NCBI GenBank assembly: GCA_964428015.1
Contig: CAYRWR010000008.1
Coordinates: 8,916 to 72,915, forward strand
Direction of reading: 5' to 3'
Source of the DNA: an uncultured Brevinematales bacterium
GTDB lineage: Bacteria > Spirochaetota > Brevinematia > Brevinematales > CAYRWR01
Length of the DNA stretch: 64,000 nucleotides
The notes under the pieces were generated by a model that had not been told where the DNA came from, did no database searches, and saw only the letters and a program-made list of their open reading frames with translations. Both the position numbers and the translations under genes were made by a program. Below are positions 56,450 through 64,000 of this stretch, in pieces (position 1 is the first letter of the stretch; every line of letters starts with the position of its first letter).

Positions 56450-56895
56450 TTCAAACAGGGTTAATCTCTGGTTTATATATCCCACATTTCTGTCGAAGTC
56501 GAGCCCTCCCGTAGAGCTCCTCCGCGGGATGGGTCAGCGGCAGGTCAGCCGCGGGGATATATCCCAGTACCCCGGAGGGGTACGCTCCCGGGTGCGGCGG
56601 TAGGGGCAGGGCCCTGGAGGTTTTCCCTGGGAATGAATCCTCTTTCAGGCAGTGAAGGGTAATGCCGGTACAGGATTAATTCAGCAGACCCTCAATTTCT
56701 CAAGAGGACTTTTCAGGTTACTTTTTCATAGGTTGCCCGGGGCCGTTGGTAGGAAATACCGTAGACAGAGAAAAGGGAAGGGGAAAGGACTAGGGAAGGG
56801 AACTTTTCCAAGTAAAGTTTTAAGATACATTTATGATTTTTTAAAAAGACAGTTTCTGAGGTCTTCTGTGGCTATATTGGCCCCAGCGGTCTCCG

Positions 56896-57255
56896 CTATT
56901 GGGACAGCCTGTGCAGCGCTTCCTGAACATGCGGCACAAAACAGACCTGTCCCCCCCGGTTGGATTCCCGGATAAAGTCTCTGAGGCTCCGGCTCTCGAT
57001 CTGCTCCCAGTCTCCCACTATGGCAAGGCGAAGCTGGTAGTTGGAGTATTTCTGCAGGATCTCCCCGGCCAGGCCGCTGGACAGCTGAAAAAAGCTATCA
57101 TCCAGATCAGCCGCGTGCAGGATGTGGCAGGATGCTCCCATCTCCGAGGCTTCCGCCAGAAAGTCCAGAGCATCCTGGGGAGTAATGATTTTTGTGGATC
57201 CCGGGGTCAGCTCCGCGATCCGGACCGGTCCCAGAGGATGAAGTATGATCTCCAT
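56896..57255 (-). CDS. DUF4180-domain protein
   Basis: ATG 57255 follows GGGAG (the track ORF extends to 57411 across the promoter region). MEIILHPLGPVRIAELTPGSTKIITPQDALDFLAEA...DLDDSFFQLSSGLAGEILQKYSNYQLRLAIVGD is the DUF4180 pattern. Confidence 0.65.
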   Translation of the reverse strand: MEIILHPLGPVRIAELTPGSTKIITPQDALDFLAEASEMGASCHILHAADLDDSFFQLSSGLAGEILQKYSNYQLRLAIVGDWEQIESRSLRDFIRESNRGGQVCFVPHVQEALHRLSQ

Positions 57256-57362
57256 GATATGCTCCCGTTTCAAAAAAATCAGGGTATACTCTATTATAAA
57301 AAAGATTTTTGGGCAAGAAACAGTAACCACTACTCTCAAGTCCTTAAAATAAAAAAAAACAC

Positions 57363-57391
57363 TTGACAGAAGAGGTTTCACCCTGTATATT
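57363..57391 (+). promoter_or_regulatory. sigma-70 promoter of the TetR-ABC operon
   Basis: TTGACA (57363-57368)-17 nt-TATATT (57386-57391). Confidence 0.5.
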
Positions 57392-57395
57392 ATAG

Positions 57396-57442
57396 TTGAC
57401 CATGTGGTCAATAATTTGGCTTAATTTTGACCATGTGGTCAA
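57396..57442 (+). promoter_or_regulatory. two copies of a TetR-type operator palindrome
   Basis: TTGACCA-TG-TGGTCAA occurs at 57396-57411 and again, identical, at 57427-57442 (31 bp centre to centre). The copies lie between the -10 hexamer and the SD of the TetR gene. Confidence 0.65.
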
Positions 57443-57453
57443 AAGGAGGATAT

Positions 57454-58098
57454 ATGCCTTCCACGATGTTTTTTAACCTCAGTCCGGAGAAACAAGAGCA
57501 CATTCTGGACAATTGCCTGGAAGTCTTTATTGAAAAAGGTTATTTTCAGGCATCTACCAATGACATGGTCAGACGTACCGGAATCTCCAAGGGCAGTATC
57601 TGGCACTATTTTGACTCCAAGGAAGACTTATATTTTTATCTGCTGCGTAAATCCGGTCAGGTAATCTCTGAGGTCCTGTCTTTGCACCGGGATACCTTTT
57701 CCGGTGACCCTTTTACCCGCATACGGGAAATGAGTATAGCCGGACTGGATGTCTATATCCGCTATCCCCGCTATTATCAGTTATCCCTGACTCTGACTCA
57801 GCCCGGGATGGAGGAGATCCGACAACGGTTTATCGGACAGGAAGCGGGGAGCTCTATGGACGAATTTGCGGCATTATTTCAGGATCTGGATGACAGTTAT
57901 TTTAAATACGGAAAAGCGGCGACTCTGCCGGCATTACGCTGGATGTATCTGGGGATCAAGACAGAGATGATCTACAATCCTGTCCAGCTGGAGCCGGAAC
58001 AGTTTAAGAAAAAATTTCTGGAGGACCTGGATCAGGCCATGCTGATCCTGAAATATGGAGCTCTGCAGTATAAATTCAGGACCGGGGAGGAAAAATGA
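57454..58098 (+). CDS. TetR/AcrR-family transcriptional regulator
   Basis: ATG 57454 follows AAGGAGG. HTH ILDNCLEVFIEKGYFQASTNDMVRRTGISKGSIWHYFDSKEDLYFYLL. Confidence 0.85.
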   Translation: MPSTMFFNLSPEKQEHILDNCLEVFIEKGYFQASTNDMVRRTGISKGSIWHYFDSKEDLYFYLLRKSGQVISEVLSLHRDTFSGDPFTRIREMSIAGLDVYIRYPRYYQLSLTLTQPGMEEIRQRFIGQEAGSSMDEFAALFQDLDDSYFKYGKAATLPALRWMYLGIKTEMIYNPVQLEPEQFKKKFLEDLDQAMLILKYGALQYKFRTGEEK

Positions 58099-58949
58099 TA
58101 GACGTCAAAAACCTGTGCCATGATTACGAAGGAAAGGGACAGCTGGCAGTGAACCATGTCACATTTCACATTGAAAAGGGCCAGATATTCGGCTTTCTGG
58201 GACCCAGCGGGGCGGGAAAATCCACTGTACAGAATATCATGACCGGTCTCCTCAACCTGCAGCAGGGGGAGATCAGCTATGAAGGTCAGGATATCCGGAC
58301 TGTCAGGACCAGTTTTTTTAACACTATCGGGGTCTCATTTGAGCATCCTTATCTCTATACCAAACTGTCGGGCTATGAAAATTTAAAGTACTATGCCGGT
58401 TTATTTGACGTCAGGACGGAAGATCCCCTTAAACTGCTGGATAAGGTAGGACTGGGACAGGCTGCTCATAAAAGTGCCGGATCGTATTCCAAAGGGATGA
58501 AACAAAGATTGGTATTTGCCCGGGCCCTGCTCAATAATCCCAGGATTCTGTTTCTGGATGAGCCCCTGTCAGGTCTGGACCCTGCCACTGCAAAAGTAAT
58601 CAAGGATATCATCCAGGATAAAAGTGATAGTGGGACCACCATCTTTCTTACCACTCACAATATGTATGTAGCCGATGAACTATGTCACCAGGTCGCTTTT
58701 CTCCACGCGGGTAAGATAGTGGCTATGGATACTCCCCGTGATCTCAAGCTGCGTTACGGGGAGCGTTCCGTCAAGGTCGAATATCTGGAAAAAAATAAAG
58801 TACATTCTGAAATTTTATTCACAGACCAGGAAAAGGACAAAAAGCAGCTCCAAAAGCTGCTGGATGAAAAAACTATCCAGACTATCCATAGTCAGGAGGC
58901 ATCCCTGGAGCAAATCTTTATCAAAATGACAGGCAGAGGTCTGTCATGA
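58095..58949 (+). CDS. ABC transporter ATP-binding protein (ABC-2/DrrA-like exporter)
   Basis: Walker A GPSGAGKST. Signature YSKGMKQRL. Walker B ILFLDEPLSGLD. H-loop TTHNM. ATGA overlap with the TetR gene. Confidence 0.9.
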   Translation: MIDVKNLCHDYEGKGQLAVNHVTFHIEKGQIFGFLGPSGAGKSTVQNIMTGLLNLQQGEISYEGQDIRTVRTSFFNTIGVSFEHPYLYTKLSGYENLKYYAGLFDVRTEDPLKLLDKVGLGQAAHKSAGSYSKGMKQRLVFARALLNNPRILFLDEPLSGLDPATAKVIKDIIQDKSDSGTTIFLTTHNMYVADELCHQVAFLHAGKIVAMDTPRDLKLRYGERSVKVEYLEKNKVHSEILFTDQEKDKKQLQKLLDEKTIQTIHSQEASLEQIFIKMTGRGLS

Positions 58950-59983
58950 TGCGCAAAATCCTGAGCATGATCCGGCAGGACTTTATCCTGACTCTCAGAA
59001 ACGGATTCATGTGGGTATTGCTGGGACTAATGGTGCTGATGATCGTTCTGGTCAATCTCCTGCCCCGTGAGATGACCAGCCCGGTCCGTACCCTGATATG
59101 GGATCAGTCCCAGGGACAGATCCTGCGAGGGGAGCTGCTCCGGCAGGGGGCCCATACCAATGAGTTTGTCATCAGTTACAGCCAGCTCTCCAATGCGGCA
59201 GCCACCAACCGGAGTATTATGGGGGTGATTTTTTCCGGCACTCTGGCTGATCCCCGGTTTACTCTGATTTATCAGGATACCCGGGACAGACAGACTGTCA
59301 ATACCTATAAGCTGCTCATGGACCAAATCATCCGGCAGATGAGGGGGGAAGCAGTCCGGGTAGGTACCCTCCAGCTGAGACCGGTTCCCCAGCCCCGTCC
59401 ACTCAATCTGAGAGCAGTGCCGGTGCTGTTGGTATTTGAAGTTCTCATCCTGGGGTTTTTAATTGTGGCTGTCACCATCTTCGCGGAAAAAGACCAGGGC
59501 AGTATCAGAGCCTACCGGGTGTCTCCGGGAGGGGTAGGCGTCTATATTCTGTCCAAGACTGTGGTATTTACCGCATTGGGACTGGTATATGGGCTGCCCA
59601 TGGTGCTGTTTACAGTAGGGATGGGTATCCATTACGGACAGCTCCTCTTGGTACTCACTGTGTCCATCGCGATGTTTACACTGCTGGGGCTGGGACTGGC
59701 AGTCTATTTTCAGAACATCTCTGAATGGTTTTTTATGGGTGTGATGGTACTGATCATCAATATTCTGTCTCAGGTTTCCTATATCTTTCCTAATTTTGCG
59801 CCGGGTTGGATCAGCTGGCTGCCCTCCTATCCCGCGCTCACCGGTATCACTGAGATTCTCTTTCCCAGCGGCAGGCCTGATTTTCTGGGCCCGGTTTTAG
59901 CCCAATTGGGGGCTTATCTGGCGGTTACGGCGGTTTTTGCCTATTTCTCGGTACGCCGGAAGCTTTTCAGGGAGGGCCGGTAA
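58946..59983 (+). CDS. ABC-2-type transporter permease
   Basis: 345 aa. N-terminal TM, ~130-aa external loop, then 5 TM helices. ATGA overlap with the ATPase gene. Confidence 0.7.
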   Translation: MMRKILSMIRQDFILTLRNGFMWVLLGLMVLMIVLVNLLPREMTSPVRTLIWDQSQGQILRGELLRQGAHTNEFVISYSQLSNAAATNRSIMGVIFSGTLADPRFTLIYQDTRDRQTVNTYKLLMDQIIRQMRGEAVRVGTLQLRPVPQPRPLNLRAVPVLLVFEVLILGFLIVAVTIFAEKDQGSIRAYRVSPGGVGVYILSKTVVFTALGLVYGLPMVLFTVGMGIHYGQLLLVLTVSIAMFTLLGLGLAVYFQNISEWFFMGVMVLIINILSQVSYIFPNFAPGWISWLPSYPALTGITEILFPSGRPDFLGPVLAQLGAYLAVTAVFAYFSVRRKLFREGR

Positions 59984-59984
59984 G

Positions 59985-60986
59985 ATGTTGAAAAAGATCA
60001 GGAATTTTCTGGGACTGGATACCGCGCTGTCACTCAAAGACAATATCGCGCTGTATATGATACTTTCTCCTCTGCTGCTGGCGCTGGGAGCCAGGGCTTT
60101 TGTCCCCACCCTGCATAATATACAGAGTACGGTAGCAATAGAACAGAGTCTGGACCCGCGCGTCAGAAATGAATTTACCAATTATATGCGGGTGGAGGTA
60201 TTGCCTGACTCCCAGGCGGTTATCAGACGGGTGGAAAAACCGGACGATATCCCCGGAATAATATTGCGGGAAGGGCAGCCGGTAGTGGTATTAGAGGGTA
60301 ATGAACAGGGGATGACGGTACAGGGTTTTGCCATGATGGCGGACCATATTATCCAGGGACCCTATGTCTCCCGCTTTGAGGAGACTATCTTACCCGGAAA
60401 AAAAATACCCATTGCGGAATATATCACTATATCCCTCATTATGCTGGGTATACTGCTGGGCAGTCTGGTAGCCGGGTTCAATATCGTCCATGAACGGGAA
60501 AAAGGTGCCATTAAAGCACTGACGGTGGCACCGCTGAAATTCAGCCTCTATATCCTGAGCCGGGGTATCTTTTCTCTCCTGACCGGATTGATTATCAGTC
60601 TGGGATCCGCGCTGATCATGATGGGGACACAAGCCCCCTTTATCAGTATCCTGCTGACCAGCTGTGCCGGGGTGGGGGTAATCATAACGGTGGGTTTACT
60701 CATCGGAGGTCTGGCATCCAACCAGGTCCAGGCTCTGGGGGTGATCAAGATCCTGATGACGGTCTTTCTTTCCCTGCCTGTTATCTCAATTTTTATCCCT
60801 CAGAAATGGCACTTTGTATTTTATCCCCTGCCCAATTATTGGCTGTTCCGGGCCTATGAATCGGGTATCATGGGAGATTTCCGGGGGATCAGCTATCCCG
60901 TGGAGCTGCTCATCCTGGGAGGCAGTAGTGTGGTGCTGCTCCTGATCCTGGGACCATTCATCCGAAAAAAATTACATTTTCGATAA
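59985..60986 (+). CDS. ABC-2-type transporter permease (second subunit)
   Basis: ATG 59985 lies 1 nt after the upstream stop (MLKKIRNFLGLD...). Same topology as the preceding permease. The track ORF starts earlier in overlap. Confidence 0.7.
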   Translation: MLKKIRNFLGLDTALSLKDNIALYMILSPLLLALGARAFVPTLHNIQSTVAIEQSLDPRVRNEFTNYMRVEVLPDSQAVIRRVEKPDDIPGIILREGQPVVVLEGNEQGMTVQGFAMMADHIIQGPYVSRFEETILPGKKIPIAEYITISLIMLGILLGSLVAGFNIVHEREKGAIKALTVAPLKFSLYILSRGIFSLLTGLIISLGSALIMMGTQAPFISILLTSCAGVGVIITVGLLIGGLASNQVQALGVIKILMTVFLSLPVISIFIPQKWHFVFYPLPNYWLFRAYESGIMGDFRGISYPVELLILGGSSVVLLLILGPFIRKKLHFR

Positions 60987-60996
60987 GGAGGAAGAT

Positions 60997-61131
60997 ATGA
61001 GTTCAATTCCTGTATGGGTATGGATCGTGGGGGGTGTGGTCCTGATAGCTATAGTATTGCCCCTCAAGCTGCGCATCCTGAAAAAACTCATGGGCGGTAA
61101 AAAAGATCAGGAAAGCAAAGACGACTTTTAA
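60997..61131 (+). CDS. 44-aa single-TM peptide (not in ORF track)
   Basis: AAGGAGG lies 6 nt upstream of the ATG. MSSIPVWVWIVGGVVLIAIVLPLKLRILKKLMGGKKDQESKDDF. Starts 10 nt after the permease stop. Confidence 0.4.
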   Translation: MSSIPVWVWIVGGVVLIAIVLPLKLRILKKLMGGKKDQESKDDF

Positions 61132-61608
61132 GGGCATGTTTGCAGTTGAAGGGGTTGTCCCGGGGGATAACCCCTCAGGCCAGAGAAGGTGTGCCAATAT
61201 AGACAATATCTCCCGGTGGGATTATTTGTCTCCGTAGTCCCTAAGGCCTTTGTTTTCTCTGTCCCAGGTCTTAATAGTGCAGGGCCGGGAAAAATTATAA
61301 AAAGCCCGGTTTATAAATTCCCGTGGTAGGTACCCCGCATGGACAGGGCGGGAGCGCCCCCTACCCATCCGCCTGAAGCTGACTGGGGGTACAGGATACG
61401 GCGGCAGCCGGCAGTACCGCAAGTAAAGCGGATAATCAGCGGGGGCTCAGCCTGGGGAGCCAGCGTTTATATAATTTTCTATATTTACAAAGCAGTAATC
61501 TTTTTTTTTCAAAAGCAATTTTTTCACCACCCCTATGTTTCCAATAGTTTACTTTTTTTGTGGGATTATATTATACTAATGCCATCATTCCCGAGGATTA
61601 ATTGGAAT

Positions 61609-62490
61609 ATGAGTTTTAAGGATATTCTGATACATTTTCGCTTCCCCTTTTCCCTGTTTCTGCTGCCGGTCTACCTCTTTGGAATTTCTCTGGCTGTCCC
61701 GGTGAATATCCTGTCCCTGGTCTATATCGGCATCGCGCTTCATGTTTTTCTTTACCCTGCCAGTAATGCTTTTAATTCTTATTATGACAAGGATACCGGT
61801 CCAATCGGCGGCATACACGAGCCTCCCTCGGTGGACCGGAAACTGCTCGGCGCCAGTCTGATCTGGGAAGTACCCGGTTTGGTACTGCTGTTCCTGGCGG
61901 GATGGGTAGTGGGAGTGATGGGTCTGTTTTACAGTGTTTTTTCCAAAGCCTATAGCTGGGATAAAACACGCTGGAAACGCTACCCGGTGTTCAGTCTGAG
62001 CGGTATTGCCCTGGTGCAGGGCAGTCTGGTGGTGCTCATGGTCAACACTTCCTTAATGGAAATGAGCCGTCTGGCCCTTTTGCTTACAGCCTGTGTCACC
62101 GCGGCGCTGTTTTTGTTGGCGGTCTATCCCCTGACCCAGGTCTATCAACACCGGCAAGACCAGTTGCATGGAGACCGGACTTACAGCATGCTGGTGGGGA
62201 TACGGGGGACGTTTATTCACGCTCTGATCTGTCTGCTGCTCTCCGGGGGAGGCTTCGCGGCGGTGTTTTTCCTGTCCGGGAGAGACAGCGCGCTTTTTTA
62301 TATTACTGTGCTGCTGGTACTGCTGCTGCCGGCGCTGCTGTATTTTATCAGCTGGATGCGAAAAGTATGGCAGGATGAAGGTACGGCCGATTTTTTTCAT
62401 ACTATGCGCATGAATACCCTGGCCTCAATGTCCCTGAATGTTTTTTTTATTTTTAAAATAACCTATTCCTATTTTCAAAACAGGAGCTAA
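61609..62490 (+). CDS. UbiA-family aromatic prenyltransferase
   Basis: ATG 61609 (MSFKDILIHFRFPFSLFLLPVYLFG...). First Asp-rich motif NAFNSYYDKDTG. About 8 TM helices. The stop lies 2 nt before cydA. The track ORF extends upstream through non-coding-looking sequence. Confidence 0.7.
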   Translation: MSFKDILIHFRFPFSLFLLPVYLFGISLAVPVNILSLVYIGIALHVFLYPASNAFNSYYDKDTGPIGGIHEPPSVDRKLLGASLIWEVPGLVLLFLAGWVVGVMGLFYSVFSKAYSWDKTRWKRYPVFSLSGIALVQGSLVVLMVNTSLMEMSRLALLLTACVTAALFLLAVYPLTQVYQHRQDQLHGDRTYSMLVGIRGTFIHALICLLLSGGGFAAVFFLSGRDSALFYITVLLVLLLPALLYFISWMRKVWQDEGTADFFHTMRMNTLASMSLNVFFIFKITYSYFQNRS

Positions 62491-62492
62491 AC

Positions 62493-63968
62493 ATGCCGAC
62501 TGCAATACCTATCGATCACTTGTCTTTTATCCTGAGCCGGATCCAGTTCGGCCTGACCGTGGGAGTACATTTTCTCTTCCCCATAGCCACACTGGGACTG
62601 GGATTGTATATCCTTATTTTTGAATTCATGTACGTCAGGACCAATAGTGAAACCTATAAGACTATTTCCACCATGGGTACTAAACTGCTGGGCATTATCT
62701 TCGCGGTGGGTGTAGCCACAGGGCTGATTATGCCCTTTTCCTTCGGTACAAATGTAGCCGGATTCGTGGAATTTTCCGGTAATATTTTCGGTGTCCAGCT
62801 GGTACTGGAGGTGATCATCGCCTTTATGCTGGAATCGGTATTTCTGGGGATACTCCTGTTCGGCAGGAATAAAGTCAGTAAAGGTGTGTACCTGATGTCA
62901 GTATTTTTTGTATTTCTGGGCAGCCACCTTTCCGCCTTTTTTATCATCAGTGTCAACAGCTGGATGCAGACCCCTTTTCACTCCCTGGCTACCCTCTCCA
63001 CCGGGATACCTATTCCAGCGGTAGACGGATTCCATCTGGAGCAGGTCATCAATGGTAAAGCTGTGATCATACAAACCGCGGACCAGATAGTGCAGGGTAT
63101 CAAGACCCGGGCCGTCCTGGATAATGTATGGAAGACCATGTTCACACCTTCCTGGGGTATCCGCTTCATCCATACAGTGTTTGCCTGCTGGGTTACAGGA
63201 TCAGTGATCTTTGCTGCCATCGCAGCCGGGCTTTTTATCAAAAAGAAACATCTCGATGCCGCTAAAATCATGCTCCGTCTGTCGGTTATCATCGGTTTCA
63301 TTACATCCTTAGCTATGCCCCTTTTGGGACATTTTCACCTGCTGATGCTGGGAAAATGGCAGCCGGTAGAAAATGCCGCCATGGAAGGTACATTCAAGAC
63401 ACAGAAAGGTGCTCCCCTCTATGCCCTGGGCTGGGTGGACCCCAAGACCCGCAAAACTTATGGCTTTGGACTGCCCGGAGTATTGAGCTTTCTGGATTCC
63501 GGACGTTTTGATGCTCAGGTTGAGGGTCTGGATGATATGCTGGAAAAGGGCAGGGCCAATCTCTCCAATAATGGCAAAGATCAGTACCTGGCCTTTGAAC
63601 CTCCTCTGCAGGCTTTGTTCCAGACCTTTCATATTATGGTATTTCTGGGTATTGCCCTCCTGGGGGTTTTCGGCCTGGGCCTGTTCCTGCTCATCAAGAA
63701 GAAATGGGAAGTCAAGCCATGGATCTGGAAGATTTTTATCATCGCTCTGCCTCTGCCCTTCCTGGCCTCAGAGCTGGGCTGGATCAGTGTGGAAATCGGC
63801 CGGCAGCCCTGGCTGATCTATGGTCTGTTCAAAACCATAGCCGGTATTTCTATCATTCCTTCCAGTTATGTTGCCTTTTCTCTCATTGTCTATTCTCTGG
63901 TTTATGTGATTCTGTTCCTGATATTAAGAAAATGGATACCCAAAATCATTAAGGAGAGCCTGGCATGA
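62493..63968 (+). CDS. cydA: cytochrome bd-type quinol oxidase subunit I
   Basis: LSRIQFGLTVGVHFLFPIATLGLGLYI...GVATGLIMPFSFGTN...EVIIAFMLESVFLG...WMQTP is the canonical CydA N-terminus. C-terminal GWISVEIGRQPW. Confidence 0.9.
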   Translation: MPTAIPIDHLSFILSRIQFGLTVGVHFLFPIATLGLGLYILIFEFMYVRTNSETYKTISTMGTKLLGIIFAVGVATGLIMPFSFGTNVAGFVEFSGNIFGVQLVLEVIIAFMLESVFLGILLFGRNKVSKGVYLMSVFFVFLGSHLSAFFIISVNSWMQTPFHSLATLSTGIPIPAVDGFHLEQVINGKAVIIQTADQIVQGIKTRAVLDNVWKTMFTPSWGIRFIHTVFACWVTGSVIFAAIAAGLFIKKKHLDAAKIMLRLSVIIGFITSLAMPLLGHFHLLMLGKWQPVENAAMEGTFKTQKGAPLYALGWVDPKTRKTYGFGLPGVLSFLDSGRFDAQVEGLDDMLEKGRANLSNNGKDQYLAFEPPLQALFQTFHIMVFLGIALLGVFGLGLFLLIKKKWEVKPWIWKIFIIALPLPFLASELGWISVEIGRQPWLIYGLFKTIAGISIIPSSYVAFSLIVYSLVYVILFLILRKWIPKIIKESLA

Positions 63969-64000
63969 CTACAGAAATATTGTGGTTTTTTCTGGTAGGC
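63965..64000 (+). CDS. cydB: cytochrome bd oxidase subunit II, 5' fragment (continues beyond window)
   Basis: ATGA overlap with cydA. MTTEILWFFLVG is a typical CydB start. Only 12 codons fall inside the window. Confidence 0.6.
   Translation, partial: MTTEILWFFLVG

Noticed and set aside
56480-56520. Minus-strand GGGAGGGCUCGACUUCGACAG resembles a tmRNA 5' end (GGGG...GAUUCGAC)
   Set aside because: A tmRNA starting here would run into the murF promoter and ATG within ~110 nt. No tRNA-like 3' end (GGUUCGAxUCC...CCA) is present on either strand.
55803-56603. 266-aa plus-strand ORF
   Set aside because: It lies mostly antisense to murF and runs on into the GC-rich non-coding island. It is His/Gly/Gln-rich and has no SD.
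18470-56610. Shared 11-mer GCGGCGGTAGG between the GC-rich islands at 18.47 kb and 56.6 kb (and looser CTACC..CCGCC similarity at 26.8 and 61.3 kb), considered as evidence for a dispersed repeat family
   Set aside because: By a rough estimate, an 11-nt match between two places in a 64-kb window is expected by chance many times over. The islands are not collinear beyond this core. They are reported individually as structured regions, not as a repeat family.
56652-56975. 107-aa plus-strand ORF (Arg/Gly/Lys-rich)
   Set aside because: It has no SD, a low-complexity basic composition, and its 3' end overlaps the DUF4180 gene on the other strand.
61339-61608. 90-codon N-terminal extension of the UbiA-family ORF
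   Set aside because: The extension is Pro/Gly/Arg-rich and then poly-Phe nonsense crossing the GC-rich island. The first TM helix and the family alignment begin at ATG 61609.
1-64000. Scan for rRNA, tRNA, CRISPR arrays, IS/transposase genes, integrases with att-like repeats, reverse transcriptases and toxin-antitoxin pairs
   Set aside because: None were recognised. The only recombinase is a housekeeping-type XerC/D, and the only restriction-like gene is the truncated Mrr-like fragment at the window edge. A by-eye scan can miss short or degenerate elements.

Overview
Chromosomal window from a diderm bacterium. This is inferred from lipoprotein lipoboxes, Omp85-type barrels and C-terminal-Phe outer-membrane proteins. 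The gene content is reminiscent of free-living Spirochaetota, but that is only a guess. I call about 56 protein-coding genes, including two window-edge partials and three small ORFs missing from the ORF track. I saw no rRNA, tRNA, CRISPR array or IS element. Main themes: (1) Alpha-glucan use. There is a malEFG-like ABC importer with oversized permeases (1.4-6.8 kb). A LacI-family regulator plus GH31 operon and a divergent GH13/GH13/GH63-like operon (35.3-45.6 kb) are driven by twin promoters that each embed the palindrome TGGAAACGTTTCCA. A CBM21-type lipoprotein lies at 53.3 kb. (2) Envelope. Two giant HExxH-peptidase/beta-propeller/Omp85-like proteins, a tandem paralog pair with one copy fused to FecR, and murF. 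(3) An anaerobic ribonucleotide reductase locus behind a cobalamin riboswitch, in which the NrdD glycyl-radical domain sits in a separate 52-codon ORF. (4) Transport and housekeeping: CCC-type cotransporter, SSF symporter, MntH, a TetR-controlled ABC-2 exporter, pabBC, a UbiA-family gene and cydAB. The most unusual items are the split nrdD, an orphan sigma-54 promoter with a mini-transcript at 35.0 kb, an unknown 631-aa protein coupled to an ABC-class ATPase, a four-repeat secreted protein, and several GC-rich structured intergenic islands. All functional calls come from motif recognition by eye; no database search was run.
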